Under the pieces are notes generated by a model. The model had not been told where the DNA came from. It saw nothing but the letters and a program-made list of their open reading frames with translations, and did no database searches. From Myxococcota bacterium (GTDB taxonomy: Bacteria; Myxococcota_A; UBA9160; UBA4427): DNA of 64,000 nt. The stretch's first letter is position 1. Each line of letters starts with the position of its first letter. Where the stretch lies: assembly GCA_965250285.1 (NCBI GenBank), contig OZ252299.1, positions 3,712,001-3,776,000 of the forward strand, in the 5' to 3' direction. Shown in pieces: positions 52,266 through 63,085 of the stretch. The position numbers and the translations under genes were made by a program.

Positions 52266-53288
52266 ATGAGACCGACAGCATCCTTCGCACCGACGGTGCC
52301 CCTGCCTTCCTTCGTCGATCGCCGCCGACGCGCAGCGCTGTGCATGATGCTGGGCGTGATCCTCGCGGCGATCCAGCCACAACCGACCCACGCAGACGTG
52401 CCCCCCGAGCTCGGCCGCGTCGACTGGCAGCGCGATCTCGACGCCGCGCTCGCCGAGTCGGCCCGCTCGGGGCGGCCGGTCTTCGTGCTCTTTCAGGAGG
52501 TCCCGGGCTGCGCCACGTGTGTCTCGTTCGGACGCAACGTGCTCGATCACCCGCTGCTTGCCGAAGCGATCGAGACCGCGTTCGTTCCGATGCTCGTGTA
52601 CAACAATCGCGGCGGCCGCGATCGTGCGTGGCTCGCGCAATTCGGTGAGCCCGCCTGGAACAATCCGGTCGTGCGACTGCTCGATGCGAACGCCCGCGAT
52701 CTGGTGCCGCGTCGGTCGGGCGTCTGGACCCCCGAAGCCATCGGCGCACGCATGATGCAGGCCCTGCAGGCGGCAGGGCAGCCCGTACCCGACTATCTGT
52801 CTCTCGCCGTCGAAGAGCTCGACGCGCGGCCGGCGCGCCGGGCCGTGTTCGCCATGCACTGCTTCTGGGTCGGTGAAGCGTGTCTGGGTGAGATCCCGGG
52901 CGTGCTGTCGAGCCGTGCGGGCTTTCTCGCGGGTCGAGAGGTCGTCGAGCTCGAGTTCGACGAGCGCGTCGTCTCGTACCCGGCGCTGCTCGCAGCGGCC
53001 CGTGCGCAGGGTTGCGCGCGGGCCGTCTACGCTCTGACGCCGAGCGACCTCGAGGTGGCACGCAAGGTCTTCGGCGACGCCGCGAGTCTGGCCGAGACGA
53101 TTCCGCGCAGCGCACCCGACTCGGATCAGAAGCGTTCGCTGCGTGGCACACCCTTCGCGCAGCTCGAGCTCACGCCCCGCCAGCAGATGCGCGTGAACGC
53201 CGACCTCGCAGCGGGCCGATCGCCGGTGCGCCACCTGAGCCCACGCCAGCGCCGTGCGCTGTCCGCCGCGAGCGGCCGAAACTCCTGA
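52266..53288 (+). CDS. Exported thioredoxin-like (VPGC/VPGU type, Cys form) protein fused to MsrA-like domain
   Basis: ELGRVDW, LFQEVPGCATC, EPAWNNPVVR; second domain MHCFWVGE...GREVVE. Confidence 0.8.
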   Translation: MRPTASFAPTVPLPSFVDRRRRAALCMMLGVILAAIQPQPTHADVPPELGRVDWQRDLDAALAESARSGRPVFVLFQEVPGCATCVSFGRNVLDHPLLAEAIETAFVPMLVYNNRGGRDRAWLAQFGEPAWNNPVVRLLDANARDLVPRRSGVWTPEAIGARMMQALQAAGQPVPDYLSLAVEELDARPARRAVFAMHCFWVGEACLGEIPGVLSSRAGFLAGREVVELEFDERVVSYPALLAAARAQGCARAVYALTPSDLEVARKVFGDAASLAETIPRSAPDSDQKRSLRGTPFAQLELTPRQQMRVNADLAAGRSPVRHLSPRQRRALSAASGRNS

Positions 53289-53414
53289 ACCTCCCGCGAG
53301 CACACCGCGCTGCGGTTCGCCCGCGCGAAGCGGCGCCCAGAGCGCGCACATTCGCCTTCGGGGCTTCGAAGGCGCGCATCCGGCCCCACCCCTTTCGAAT
53401 AGCGTGGTACTCGA

Positions 53415-53436
53415 TATAATTAGAGCATGGCTCTAA
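53415..53436 (+). promoter_or_regulatory. -10 box and TetR operator centred on the start codon
   Basis: TATAAT 53415-20; perfect IR TTAGAGC-ATG-GCTCTAA (53420-53436). Confidence 0.75.
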
Positions 53437-54077
53437 AAAAGACTCGAGTCGCGGGGCGCCGTCGACGAGGCAGACCGCCTGCGGATGCAGCCGCCACCCA
53501 CGCCTGCCGCGATCGCATCGTCGATACCGCCGCGGCCCTGTTCGCGCGCAACGGCTTCGCGCGCACCACCACCGCCGCGATCGCGCGCGAATCGGGCACA
53601 TCCGATGGAACGCTCTTCCACCACTTCCCGACCAAGCGCGCCCTGCTGGCCGAAGTCGGCCGCCGCGAGGGGCAGCGCGTGCTCGATCTCGCCTTCGACG
53701 GAGTCGATCCGGCCGCGCCCCCGCCCGATCCCCGACAGCTGATCGGCCCGCTCTTCGACTACGCCCATCGCGCCCCCGACACCTATCGACTCTTCGCGAT
53801 GGACGGCGACCTCGAAGATCTCGAGAGCGGCTTCTCGGCAAAGCGAGACCTCATCGTCGGTGGTCTCGCCGGGCTGCTGGCGGGCTGGAGCGCACGCGGA
53901 TTCGTTCGCCGGATGGATCCCGACGTCGTCGCGGCACTGGTCTTCGCCGTCGTCGACGCCGCCGTGCGCCGGCTCGTGCTCGAAGACCGCTGGTCGGAGC
54001 GCGAGGTGTGGGAGTCGGAGTCGTGTCGCGCGGTGCGCACGCTCCTCGGCCTCGCGGCGGCTCCGAGCACCGGGTGA
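53427..54077 (+). CDS. TetR family regulator
   Basis: RGRP...RIVDTAAALF..GF..TT..IA...TLFHHFPTK. Confidence 0.92.
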   Translation: MALKKTRVAGRRRRGRPPADAAATHACRDRIVDTAAALFARNGFARTTTAAIARESGTSDGTLFHHFPTKRALLAEVGRREGQRVLDLAFDGVDPAAPPPDPRQLIGPLFDYAHRAPDTYRLFAMDGDLEDLESGFSAKRDLIVGGLAGLLAGWSARGFVRRMDPDVVAALVFAVVDAAVRRLVLEDRWSEREVWESESCRAVRTLLGLAAAPSTG

Positions 54078-54093
54078 TCGAGAGGAGACGAGC

Positions 54094-55035
54094 GTGGATC
54101 GAAACGACGGCGCACATGTCACACGAAGGCCCACCACCTCGATCGCCCGCCGCATGGCGGCCGCGATGTGGCGTCAAGCCGAACGCAGTGTCGTGTGCCC
54201 GGCCGAGCCCCGGCTCGACGAACGCGTCGCCCTCGTGACCGGCGGCGGCCGGGGGATCGGGTTCGAGACGAGCCGCGGGCTCGCCCGGCGCGGCGCCGAG
54301 GTCATCCTCGCCGCCCGCGGCGAAGCTGCGGGGCAGAGCGCGGCCCGCGCGCTCGAGGCCGAAACGAACCGACCCGCCCACTTCGCGCCCCTCGATCTCG
54401 CCGACCTGCAGCAGATCCCCAGGGCCCTCGATCACATCGAGAAGCGGCTCGCTGGGCGTCGGCTCGACGTGCTGGTGGCCAACGCCGGCCTGTGGCCCGC
54501 GCGCCATGCGCGCTCTGCGCAGGGATACGAGATCGCGTTCGCGACGAACGCGCTCGGTCATCACGCCCTGATTCGAGGGCTCCTCGAACGCGGTCTGGTC
54601 GGCGACCAGGCGCGCGTCGCGGTGCTGACGGGCGACATCTATGTCTTCTCGAACGAGTGCACGGCCGACTTCGAGTATCGCGGGCGACTCGGCGGCCAGC
54701 TCGCGTACTGTCGAAGCAAGCTCGGCAATCTCTGGTACGCACGGGAGCTGGCGCGCCGTCAGCCGCGCCTGCGCGTGCACGCAGTGCACCCCGGCGTCGT
54801 GGCGTCCGAGCTCGGGGGCATCGAGGGCGGGCTCGCGGCCTGGTTCAAACGCAGGACGATGATCTCGCTCGAGCAAGGCGCCCAGGCCTCGCTCTACTGC
54901 GCGACGCAGCGCGACCTACCGAGTGGCAGCTACTTCCACAACGTACTGGGCCGCATGGAGCTCGATCCGCGCGACGCCGGCGCCGACGAGGCGAAGGCGC
55001 GCGCCTTCTGGGACTTGCTCGAGCGCCTGTGCTGA
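54094..55035 (+). CDS. Short-chain dehydrogenase (retinol-DH/WWOX-like)
   Basis: SD GAGGAG, GTG; TGGGRGIG, ANAG, YCRSK, HPG. Confidence 0.88.
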   Translation: MDRNDGAHVTRRPTTSIARRMAAAMWRQAERSVVCPAEPRLDERVALVTGGGRGIGFETSRGLARRGAEVILAARGEAAGQSAARALEAETNRPAHFAPLDLADLQQIPRALDHIEKRLAGRRLDVLVANAGLWPARHARSAQGYEIAFATNALGHHALIRGLLERGLVGDQARVAVLTGDIYVFSNECTADFEYRGRLGGQLAYCRSKLGNLWYARELARRQPRLRVHAVHPGVVASELGGIEGGLAAWFKRRTMISLEQGAQASLYCATQRDLPSGSYFHNVLGRMELDPRDAGADEAKARAFWDLLERLC

Positions 55036-55072
55036 CCGGCGGCGACTCGAGCAGGCGCTTGGTTCGGCTCGA

Positions 55073-55783
55073 TCACGCGTCGCGCATGATTCGCCGCGCG
55101 AGCCCGGGGGCGAGCCGCATGAGGGGAGGGAGCAGGCGCGCCTTGCCGATGTAGATCTCGTCTTGACCGGCGTCGAGTTTGGCCAGCAGCGCAGCACAGA
55201 ACGCGCCGGGCTCGATCGCCCCGTCGTGGCGCCCTTCGGTCATGGGCGTGCGCACGAGCGGCGTCACCACGTCGACCACGCGCACGCGACGGCCCGCGGT
55301 CTGGTACCGCAGCGTCCGTGAGAAGCTCGAGAGCCCGGCCTTCGCCGCGCAGTAGATCGGCGCGCTGGCCTTCGGTGCGATCGCGAGCCCCGACGAGAGA
55401 TTCACGATGCAACCCGAGGCCGCCTCGACCTCGCCCATCAACCCCGCGCAGAGATGCATCGGCGCCACGAGATCGATCGCGATCTCACGCTCGATGTCGC
55501 CTGACTCGAGCTTCGGACCCACCTCGCAGAGCTGCTGCACGCCGGCGTTGTTCACCAGCAGGTCGAGCCGGGGCGCTTCGCCGCGTACCCAGTCGATCAG
55601 TGCATCTCGCTCGGCTCGCTCCGCCAGATCGAAGCGGCGATAGGTGGCAGCGGTGGCCAGCTCTCTCGGCGCGTCGGCTCGGGATCCGGTCGTGAGTACG
55701 CGCATCCCGCGTTCGCAGAGTCTCGACACGAGCTCGAGGCCGATCCCCGAGCTTCCCCCCGTCACGAGTGCAGTGGCTTCCAT
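55073..55783 (-). CDS. Short-chain dehydrogenase (DltE-like)
   Basis: TGGSSGIG, NNAGVQ, SSGLA, YCAAK. Confidence 0.9.
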   Translation of the reverse strand: MEATALVTGGSSGIGLELVSRLCERGMRVLTTGSRADAPRELATAATYRRFDLAERAERDALIDWVRGEAPRLDLLVNNAGVQQLCEVGPKLESGDIEREIAIDLVAPMHLCAGLMGEVEAASGCIVNLSSGLAIAPKASAPIYCAAKAGLSSFSRTLRYQTAGRRVRVVDVVTPLVRTPMTEGRHDGAIEPGAFCAALLAKLDAGQDEIYIGKARLLPPLMRLAPGLARRIMRDA

Positions 55784-55872
55784 CCTGCGTCCTCCTCGAT
55801 GCTCGATCTTGCCGGCCGCGTGGCTGCGGGGCTTGAACGATCGCGCCAGAATCGAGGCGGAGAGGAGAATCG

Positions 55873-56823
55873 ATGTCACGACGCACGCCGACGACCGACG
55901 ACGCCTTCGCGCACGCCGGCCTCGTCGCGCTGATCCTCGCTTCACTGCGCCAGGACGCGCCCGAGCTCATCCCGGCCGAGCTCGCGGCGCCCGACGGCGT
56001 GCGCCGGGCCCACGCGCCTCTCCACCTGAAGCGCGACCTGCTCGTTCTCGCCTGGCAGACCCGCGGGCCGCGCTTCGTGTTCGACATGGGGCGCTGCATC
56101 GAAGGCTTCGAGACGCACCCGATCCTCGAAGCGATGCTGCGATCTCGGGACGGCGACGTCCTGCTCGAGAAGTGGGCGCGATACGAACGCTATGCGCACG
56201 GCCGCCACCGCACGCGTCGACTGCGAGCCGCGGCGGGCGACTACGAGCTCGAGCACTTCGCACGCGCGGGCGCGCCCCCGACCCCGGCCGAGGACATCTT
56301 CATCCTCGGTTTCCTCGCCGCCCTGCTCGAGCGGCTCGCGTTGCCCGACATCGGGGTCGGCTTTTCGCGCCGCGATCGCCGCCTGATCGAGGGGGGCGTG
56401 CGACTCGAAGTCGGCGAAGAAGCGTTCCAGGGCGACACGTCGCGCTGGCGGCTGACGTTCGCGCCCGGGTTGCACGCGATCAGCGCAGCCCCCGCGCCGG
56501 CCGACCCCGGTGACGCCGCCGGGTGCGTGCGTGCGCTGCTCCGGGAGGATCCGGCCCGAAGCTGGAGCGTCGCACAGGCCGCGCGCGCCACCGGCCAATC
56601 TGCTCGCTCGCTGCAACGTCGGCTCGCCGCGAGCGGAACCGCCTTCGCCCAGCTCGTGCGCGAGGCCCGGGTGGCCGAAGCCTGTCGCCTGCTCGAGACG
56701 ACGTCGCACTCGCTCACCGAAGTGGGCTACGCCGCCGGCTTCAGCGACGCGGCCCACTTCTCCCGCGACTTCCGGGCATCGACGGGCGCCACCCCGACGG
56801 AGTTTCGGGTGGTGGTTTCCTGA
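55873..56823 (+). CDS. AraC family regulator
   Basis: SARSLQRRL, GFSDAAHFSRDFR..TGATP. Confidence 0.9.
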   Translation: MSRRTPTTDDAFAHAGLVALILASLRQDAPELIPAELAAPDGVRRAHAPLHLKRDLLVLAWQTRGPRFVFDMGRCIEGFETHPILEAMLRSRDGDVLLEKWARYERYAHGRHRTRRLRAAAGDYELEHFARAGAPPTPAEDIFILGFLAALLERLALPDIGVGFSRRDRRLIEGGVRLEVGEEAFQGDTSRWRLTFAPGLHAISAAPAPADPGDAAGCVRALLREDPARSWSVAQAARATGQSARSLQRRLAASGTAFAQLVREARVAEACRLLETTSHSLTEVGYAAGFSDAAHFSRDFRASTGATPTEFRVVVS

Positions 56824-56888
56824 CCGAGACCGAGAGGGGTGTTGTTGCGCACTCATCGCTCATGATCGATGAATGGAACGTTGTCGGC

Positions 56889-57773
56889 TCAGGCCTCTCC
56901 GACCGTCCCCGCCCAGGGTTCGAAGTCACCGCGAAAGGCGAACTTGCTGCGCATGATCCGCGGCGCCGCGCGCGCGTTCGGCGCCCCCGAATGCCCCACC
57001 AGGGGGTGGAGCAGCCAGGCGTCCCCGGCTCGGCCAACCATCTCGTGCACGCGCAGCACGATCGGCTCCTCGAGATCTCGCCCCCCGACCGACTCGACGA
57101 TCTCGTCGCGCTCCATGAAGGTTCGGATGCGCTCGTCTCGCGAGCGCGCGCCGCCCTGCTGGAGCTCGTCGAGCCAGGGATGACTGCGAAACACGGCCGC
57201 TCTTTGCACCGCCTGCTTCGCGCTCCGCTCCTCGTCGGTCCACGTGCGGTAGAGATGCACCGAATAGGCGTGCAGGCCCTCGATGAAGAGTGTGGTGCCC
57301 CCGCCCGGCTCGTGATCCTCGAGCAGAACGAACAAGTGCACGCCCGGCGTACCGGGCGCACGCCAGTCTGCGTAGGGCGCGATCGGACTGTCCCAGTGCC
57401 AGCGCTGCTCTGGCAAGAACCACTGATCGACGCGCTCCAGCTGGGGAAAGGTGAACATCATCATCCCCCAGTCGGACCCGCCGTGAAGCGCCCATTCAGG
57501 CGAACTGAAGACCTCGCTCAGGGCCGCGTCGAGGTGCGGCGAGCCTCGCTCGTGAACCCGCGCGAGACGACGGGGGCGCTTGAGATTCTTCGGCGGTTGA
57601 ACCCACGTGCCCGGATCGCCCCGCACGACCCCATGCAGGTCGGCGAGCTCGCGCCACGCGGTGTCGACGATGCGCTCTCGCTCGGTTTCGTCGATCGCGC
57701 CCGCGAGCCGGCCGAATCCGCGTCGGCGGATCCCGTCGAGATCGAGCTCGGTCGTTCGCGTCGACTGCATCAT
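56889..57773 (-). CDS. Phytanoyl-CoA dioxygenase-like 2OG-Fe(II) oxygenase
   Basis: WHWD, GGGT..IEGLH, GRAGD.WLLHP...H...N....R. Confidence 0.75.
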   Translation of the reverse strand: MMQSTRTTELDLDGIRRRGFGRLAGAIDETERERIVDTAWRELADLHGVVRGDPGTWVQPPKNLKRPRRLARVHERGSPHLDAALSEVFSSPEWALHGGSDWGMMMFTFPQLERVDQWFLPEQRWHWDSPIAPYADWRAPGTPGVHLFVLLEDHEPGGGTTLFIEGLHAYSVHLYRTWTDEERSAKQAVQRAAVFRSHPWLDELQQGGARSRDERIRTFMERDEIVESVGGRDLEEPIVLRVHEMVGRAGDAWLLHPLVGHSGAPNARAAPRIMRSKFAFRGDFEPWAGTVGEA

Positions 57774-57806
57774 GTTCGCAGCGTGCTCAGCCGTCGTGGC
57801 GCGTGC

Positions 57807-60800
57807 TCACGCCACCTGCTGAAGCAGTGACCTCGCCGTACCGAGCTCGGGGAACACCGCTGCGTCATCGAAGCGTGCACACGTCGAAGAGAGCACGGCC
57901 CGCGCCTCGTCGGTTCGGCCCTCGGTCAGGCGAAGTCGCGCGAGCCCCGCGACGGCTCGTAGCTCGAAGAGGGTCGCACCCTGCGCGCGGGCGGTGGCGA
58001 TCGCCTGCTCGAACGTGCTCGCGGCCGCGAGACCGTCCCCGGTCTGCGTCAGGACGTGGCCCTTGTCGGAGAGCAGCCACGGATCACTCCAGATCTCGCC
58101 GGTCTGGCTGCTGAGACCGAGGCCGCGATCGAGGGTGGCGATGGCCTCTTCGTGCTGTCCGGCGAGCGCGAGCGCACGCGCCAGATGGCGCATGCCGGTC
58201 GGCGCGAAGATCAACCCGCCCGTCGCGCCATAGCTCGCGAAGCCCGCCTGCATCTCGACGAGCCCCTCTTCGACGGCGCCGCCCTCGGCGAGCGACAGCG
58301 CGTGAAAGACCCGCGCCATCCGCCAATTGGGAAACTGCTCGTCGCGCGCATAGCCCATCGCCCGCTCGGCGAGGTCGGCGAGCTCGTCGCCGCGGCCTTC
58401 GAGGGTCGCCGCGAGCCCGGTCGCGAACGTCAGCGAGTAGCCGATGCTGTGGATGTGCCCGAGCTGCTCCGAGTGCGCGATGCCCTCTTGGCTCGCCTCC
58501 CAGGCCGACGTCGGATCGCCGCGGACGGCCAGAATGAGCGGCAGGTAGCAGAGTGACGTCGTCTTCTGATCCTGCGCGTTGATCGTCGCGTGCTCGAGCT
58601 CGGCCGGGGACGCCATGTCATAGAGCTCGATGGCGCGGCGGATGGAGCGCTCGGCCGTCTCGTGCTCGGCCATGGAGAAGGCGGCGCAGCCGATCGTTCG
58701 CGTCGCCGCGACCCGGTGGATCAATCGGCCGTGCTGCTCGGCCGTCTCGTGGAACTCACGGGCCACCTGCTTCGCCTGCTCGAGACGACCACCCATGTGG
58801 TGGAAGCCGAAGAGCCCCGGATAGGCTTGCAGCTTCGCATCGGCCACGTCGAGACGAGCCGCCGTCTCGAGTGCGTGCGTGTACGCCTCGCCGGCGGGCG
58901 GCGACGCGAAACCGACGGCCCCTGCGTGCGCCTCGCCGAGGCCGAGCCGCAGCTGCATCTCGGTCTCTTCCCGGTCGGTGTCGTCGGGCAGGTGCTCGAG
59001 CAGACCGATCGCCGTGTCGTAGGCCGAGATCGCCTCCGAGAAGGACGACCGCGACGCCGCGCGTCGACCACCGCGAAGCCACGCCGCGATGCTCTCGGGG
59101 AACATCCGCGCCTCGCCGTAGTGCCGCGCGAGGAGCTCGGGCTGAAGCCTGGCGACGTCTTCGAACTGCCCTTCGATCGCCAAAGCGATGCGCGCGTGCA
59201 GGTCGATGCGCTCATCGCGCAGCATCAGGTCATACGCCGCATTGCGCAGCAGGTCGTGACGGAACGCATAAGCCGCTTCTCCGTCGCCGAAGACACGCTG
59301 CAGCACGCCCGCGCGCTCGAGCGCCTCGAGACTGTCGACCAGCTGGTCGCCTGCGAGGGCGCTGACGGCTTCGAGGAGCGCGTGCGAGAAGCTCCGCCCG
59401 AGAGCCGACGCCGTGCGCGCCACCCGGCGCGCCGAGCCGAGACCGTCGAGGCGCGCGACCAGCGAGTCGCGAACGAGCAGCGGCATGTCGTCGGGCTTGC
59501 CGCTCGATTCGAGTGCATCGGCGCCCACGTCGATCGCCGCGCGCGTGAGCTCTTCGACGAACAACGGGACGCCAGCTGCCCGGTCGATGATCGATTCGAC
59601 GACTTGGGCGGCGAGCGGCGACGAACCCGTCATGGCGTCGATGATGCCCTCGGCCTGCGTCCGGTTGAGCCGATCGAGCGGGACGTGTTCGACGTGCTCA
59701 CCGAGGGCGCCGGCGAGTCCATCGGTCCAACGCGAGGTCACCAGGACGAGCATGCGACGATCCCGCGCCCGCAGGCAGAGCTCGCGCAGCACGTCGGCCG
59801 TCGACGGATCGATCCAGTGCGCGTCTTCGAAGATCGCGACCGCGACACCGTCTCGGGTGAGGGCATCGATGGCGTCGAGGGTCAGCCGCGTGACGTCCGA
59901 CTTGATCTGCGCTTCAGCGGCGGCCGTCCGGGGCTCGGCCGCCGCGTCGGTGAGGCCGAGCATCTCGGCCGCGACCGCGGCGTACCGATCCTCATCGAGC
60001 GAGAGGGCAGACAGCAGCGCGCGAATGCGATCGGGCGTCGAGCTGCCGGGCGGCGTCGCGATCCGCGCGAGGCTCGCTCGCAGCTGACCCACGATGGGAT
60101 GGAAGGCCGTCGCCTGATGGTCGGCCGAGCACTGAAGTAGGTGACGCCGCCCTCGCGCCCCTCCACCTGCTCGCGAAACTCGGCGACGACGCGCGATTTG
60201 CCGATCCCGGCTTCGCCCGACACGAAGACCGCGCCGCCGCGTCCGGCCCGCGCCTCGGCATAGCGCGCGTCGAGATCGTTGATCTGAGCCGTACGACCGA
60301 CGAGCGGGGCGTGGGGCGCGACCCGGGCCGCGAATCGCCCCTCGACCGCGCGCGGCGCGTCGACGCGCCAAGCGGGCACGGGCTCGGAGAAGCCTTTCAG
60401 CCCCGAGCGACCGAGCGAGACGCCGTCGAAGTAGCCCGCCGTCAGGCTCCGCGTCGACTGACACACGATGACTTCATCGGGGGAGGCGAGGTTCTGCAGG
60501 CGCGCCGCCAGCGGCAGCGCCTCACCATGCGCCGTGAGCTCGCGGGCAGGACCATGGCTCTGCACCTCACCCACGACGACCTCGCCCGTCGCGATCCCGA
60601 CCCGCGTGTGCAGGGGCCCGCCATGGGGGACGTCGAGCTTCGGGATCGCCTCGGCGAGTGCGAGACCGGCGTCGATGGCGCGGCGCGCGTCCTCGCCCCC
60701 CGACTGCCGCACACCGAAGTAGGCGAGACTGCCGTCCCCCGCGTAGCGAGCAATCATGCCCCCGTGCTCGTGGATGATGCGCGTCCCGCACTCGTTGAAG

Positions 60801-60985
60801 ATGTGGATCGTCTGCTGAACGTCTTCAGGGTCGAGCCCCGACGCCAGCTTCGTGTAATCGACGAGGTCGTAGATGAGCACGCTCAGCGGGCGTCGTTCGA
60901 CGACGATCTCGGCCGTCGGCATGCCGCACTGCGAGCAGAATCGGCTGCCCTCGGCGAGTTCGAACTGGCAGCTCTCGCATCTCAT
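57807..60985 (-). pseudogene. Zn-ribbon / class III cyclase / STAND ATPase / TPR protein, frameshifted near 60134
   Basis: 5' frame: CESC..CSQC, DLVDYT, GDG, AARLQ, GEAGIGKS up to ...GVTYF. 3' frame from CAG 60134: QCS..HQ..AFHP, FEDAHWID, GVPLFVEEL, FRHDL, TPR. Confidence 0.85.
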
Positions 60986-61187
60986 CGAGTGGGCCCCGTT
61001 CGTGCGCTTCGCGGACGCACCCGCGGCGGCCCCGAAGCGAACGTGGCGCACCGGCTGGACGACGTCGCCCGGCCGGGGTGCGTTCAAGCCCACACCTTAT
61101 CATGAGGGACTCGCGCCTACCGATCGAAGTCGATGGGCGCTTCTGCTGGGGACGTGTCAGGGGCGACCCGTGGCCCCGCGACGGCGA

Positions 61188-62531
61188 TCAGAAAGTCGCC
61201 AGATCGAGTCGGCCGGCGCCCACATAGCGCGGCAGCGCATCGGGGACGGGCGTCACGGCGTGCCGCATCAGATCGCGTCGGATGTCTGCCGGCAGCGCAG
61301 CGCAGCCGAGCCGCAGGCGCTCTTCGATGAGCAACGCCACGGCCCCCGCAACGATCGACGTCGCGACCGATGTGCCACTCGATCGAACGAAGAGCTCGGA
61401 TCGCCGGGTCGCCGATGCCGATGCTTCGGGACCGAGGCGCGCAGCCGGAGCCGTCGACCACACGTTCAGGCCCGGCGCCACGAGGTCGGGCTTCTGGCCG
61501 AGCGGAGGTTCGACCTGGGCGCCGAGGCGGGCCGGCTTCGCCCCGCTCGCCGGGGCCGTCGCCACCGTGATCGCGCCCGGTGCCGCGGCGGGACACGTGA
61601 TCGCGTGGCGCGTGGGGGCGCTTCGGCCGTGCCCGCAGCTCTGGACGAATTCGTTGCCCGCGGATGCCACGACCACGTGCCCGAGCGCCACGGCCGTCTC
61701 GACCGAACGACACAGGACGCACTCGGCGGCGCGGCAGAGCCAAGCATGGCCGTTGCGACGATCCGCAGATTGATGATTGAAGCCGAGGCTCAGGGAAAGG
61801 ACGTGTGCCCCGCCCGCCACCGCCGCCTCGATGCCGCGGATCACGTTCGTGTGGCGCCCGCGGCCATGAGCATCGAGCGCCTTGACGTTGAGGAGCTCCG
61901 CATTCTGCGCGATGCCTCGATGGATCGAGTCGCGCGAGGCGATCGTGCCGGCGCAGTGCGTGCCGTGTAGACCCGGGACGCGGTCGGATTCGTCGCACAC
62001 CGAGACCGACTCGGCGACCTCGAGATACGGGTGATCGAGGTCGACACCCGAGTCGATGACGGCGACGCGCACCCCTTCGCCTCCGCAGCCCGGATGATTG
62101 CGCGTGAACGAGTCGAGACCGATCTCAGGGGGCCCGAGGTGAACGCCGCCCCCCGCCGTGACGAGATGGGGGTCGTCGAGCTCGATGCGCTCGACGCCGG
62201 GCAGCTCGGCCAGACGTGCGATCTCGTCGGGATCGGCGCACAGAGCCAAGGCGTTTGCCGAGGGCAACGCGTGAATCCGGGCCGCGACCGACGGCTCGAG
62301 CCGTTCGCCGAAACGCTCGATCGCGTTCTCGGCGCGTCCACGGTACGCGACCCAGCTCGAGGACGCCGCGGGGGCGATGCGCGGCAGGCGCACCGAGATC
62401 GGCAGCGCGTCGGCGGCAGCGGTCGTGCCGCTGCATGCGCCGCCACCGAGCTCCTCGGCCAGTGCGGCGCGCACGCCGCTCGAGGACGCTTCGAGTTGAC
62501 TCATCGCATCGAGAAGTCGGTCGGCGATCAT
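61188..62531 (-). CDS. S8 subtilase, no signal peptide
   Basis: SD GGAGGTGAT; VAVIDSG, HGTHCAG, SAGN, KPDLVAPG, SGTSVAT, GAGRLD. Confidence 0.88.
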   Translation of the reverse strand: MIADRLLDAMSQLEASSSGVRAALAEELGGGACSGTTAAADALPISVRLPRIAPAASSSWVAYRGRAENAIERFGERLEPSVAARIHALPSANALALCADPDEIARLAELPGVERIELDDPHLVTAGGGVHLGPPEIGLDSFTRNHPGCGGEGVRVAVIDSGVDLDHPYLEVAESVSVCDESDRVPGLHGTHCAGTIASRDSIHRGIAQNAELLNVKALDAHGRGRHTNVIRGIEAAVAGGAHVLSLSLGFNHQSADRRNGHAWLCRAAECVLCRSVETAVALGHVVVASAGNEFVQSCGHGRSAPTRHAITCPAAAPGAITVATAPASGAKPARLGAQVEPPLGQKPDLVAPGLNVWSTAPAARLGPEASASATRRSELFVRSSGTSVATSIVAGAVALLIEERLRLGCAALPADIRRDLMRHAVTPVPDALPRYVGAGRLDLATF

Positions 62532-63085
62532 CGATCACCTCCAATTGCACGCTCGAGTGTCGGGACGGAGTGGGGGGCGGGCGAATCCTGCGACGCTGCA
62601 CCGTGCGCCGCGGATGGATACGCCCGCCCCAAGCTCAGGGCGCCCGCCTGCCCCACCCGGTGCAAGCACACACGGTGGTTCGACACGGCCTGCGGCGGTC
62701 GGCCCGACTGCGGCTGCAGTCGAAACCGGCGCGTCGCACACCTAGGCCCCCACGAGCCCGATGACCCGCTGCGGCGGTGAGGGTCATCCCGAGCCCCGAG
62801 TACTCTCGGGTCCCAACCGGTCGGTTTCGAGTCGAGCTCGACGAGGTGGTCGACGCGCCCGTCGGATTGCCGCGCGTCGCGGCCACGCGACGGCGTCCCT
62901 GGCATCGCCACGCTCGAGCGATCGTGGTCGCACGATCTCTGCTCATCCTCTCCTCCGATCCCGGTTGACCGAGTTCGGAGACGAGCGTGGCATGCGATGC
63001 GATCTGGATCTGTAAAGCAGGCGACAGGCCCGGCGAGGTGTCAACCAGATCACACGGGCGCCCGCGAGGCGGGCAGAGGCGCGCC

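Noticed and set aside
60125..60145. Programmed -1 ribosomal frameshift
   Set aside because: No X XXY YYZ slippery site or homopolymer run.
62528..62946. Small ORFs between crp and the subtilase (strong SD before ATG 62946)
   Set aside because: Translations are Arg/Gly-rich, motif-free and have atypical codon use; cannot be supported.
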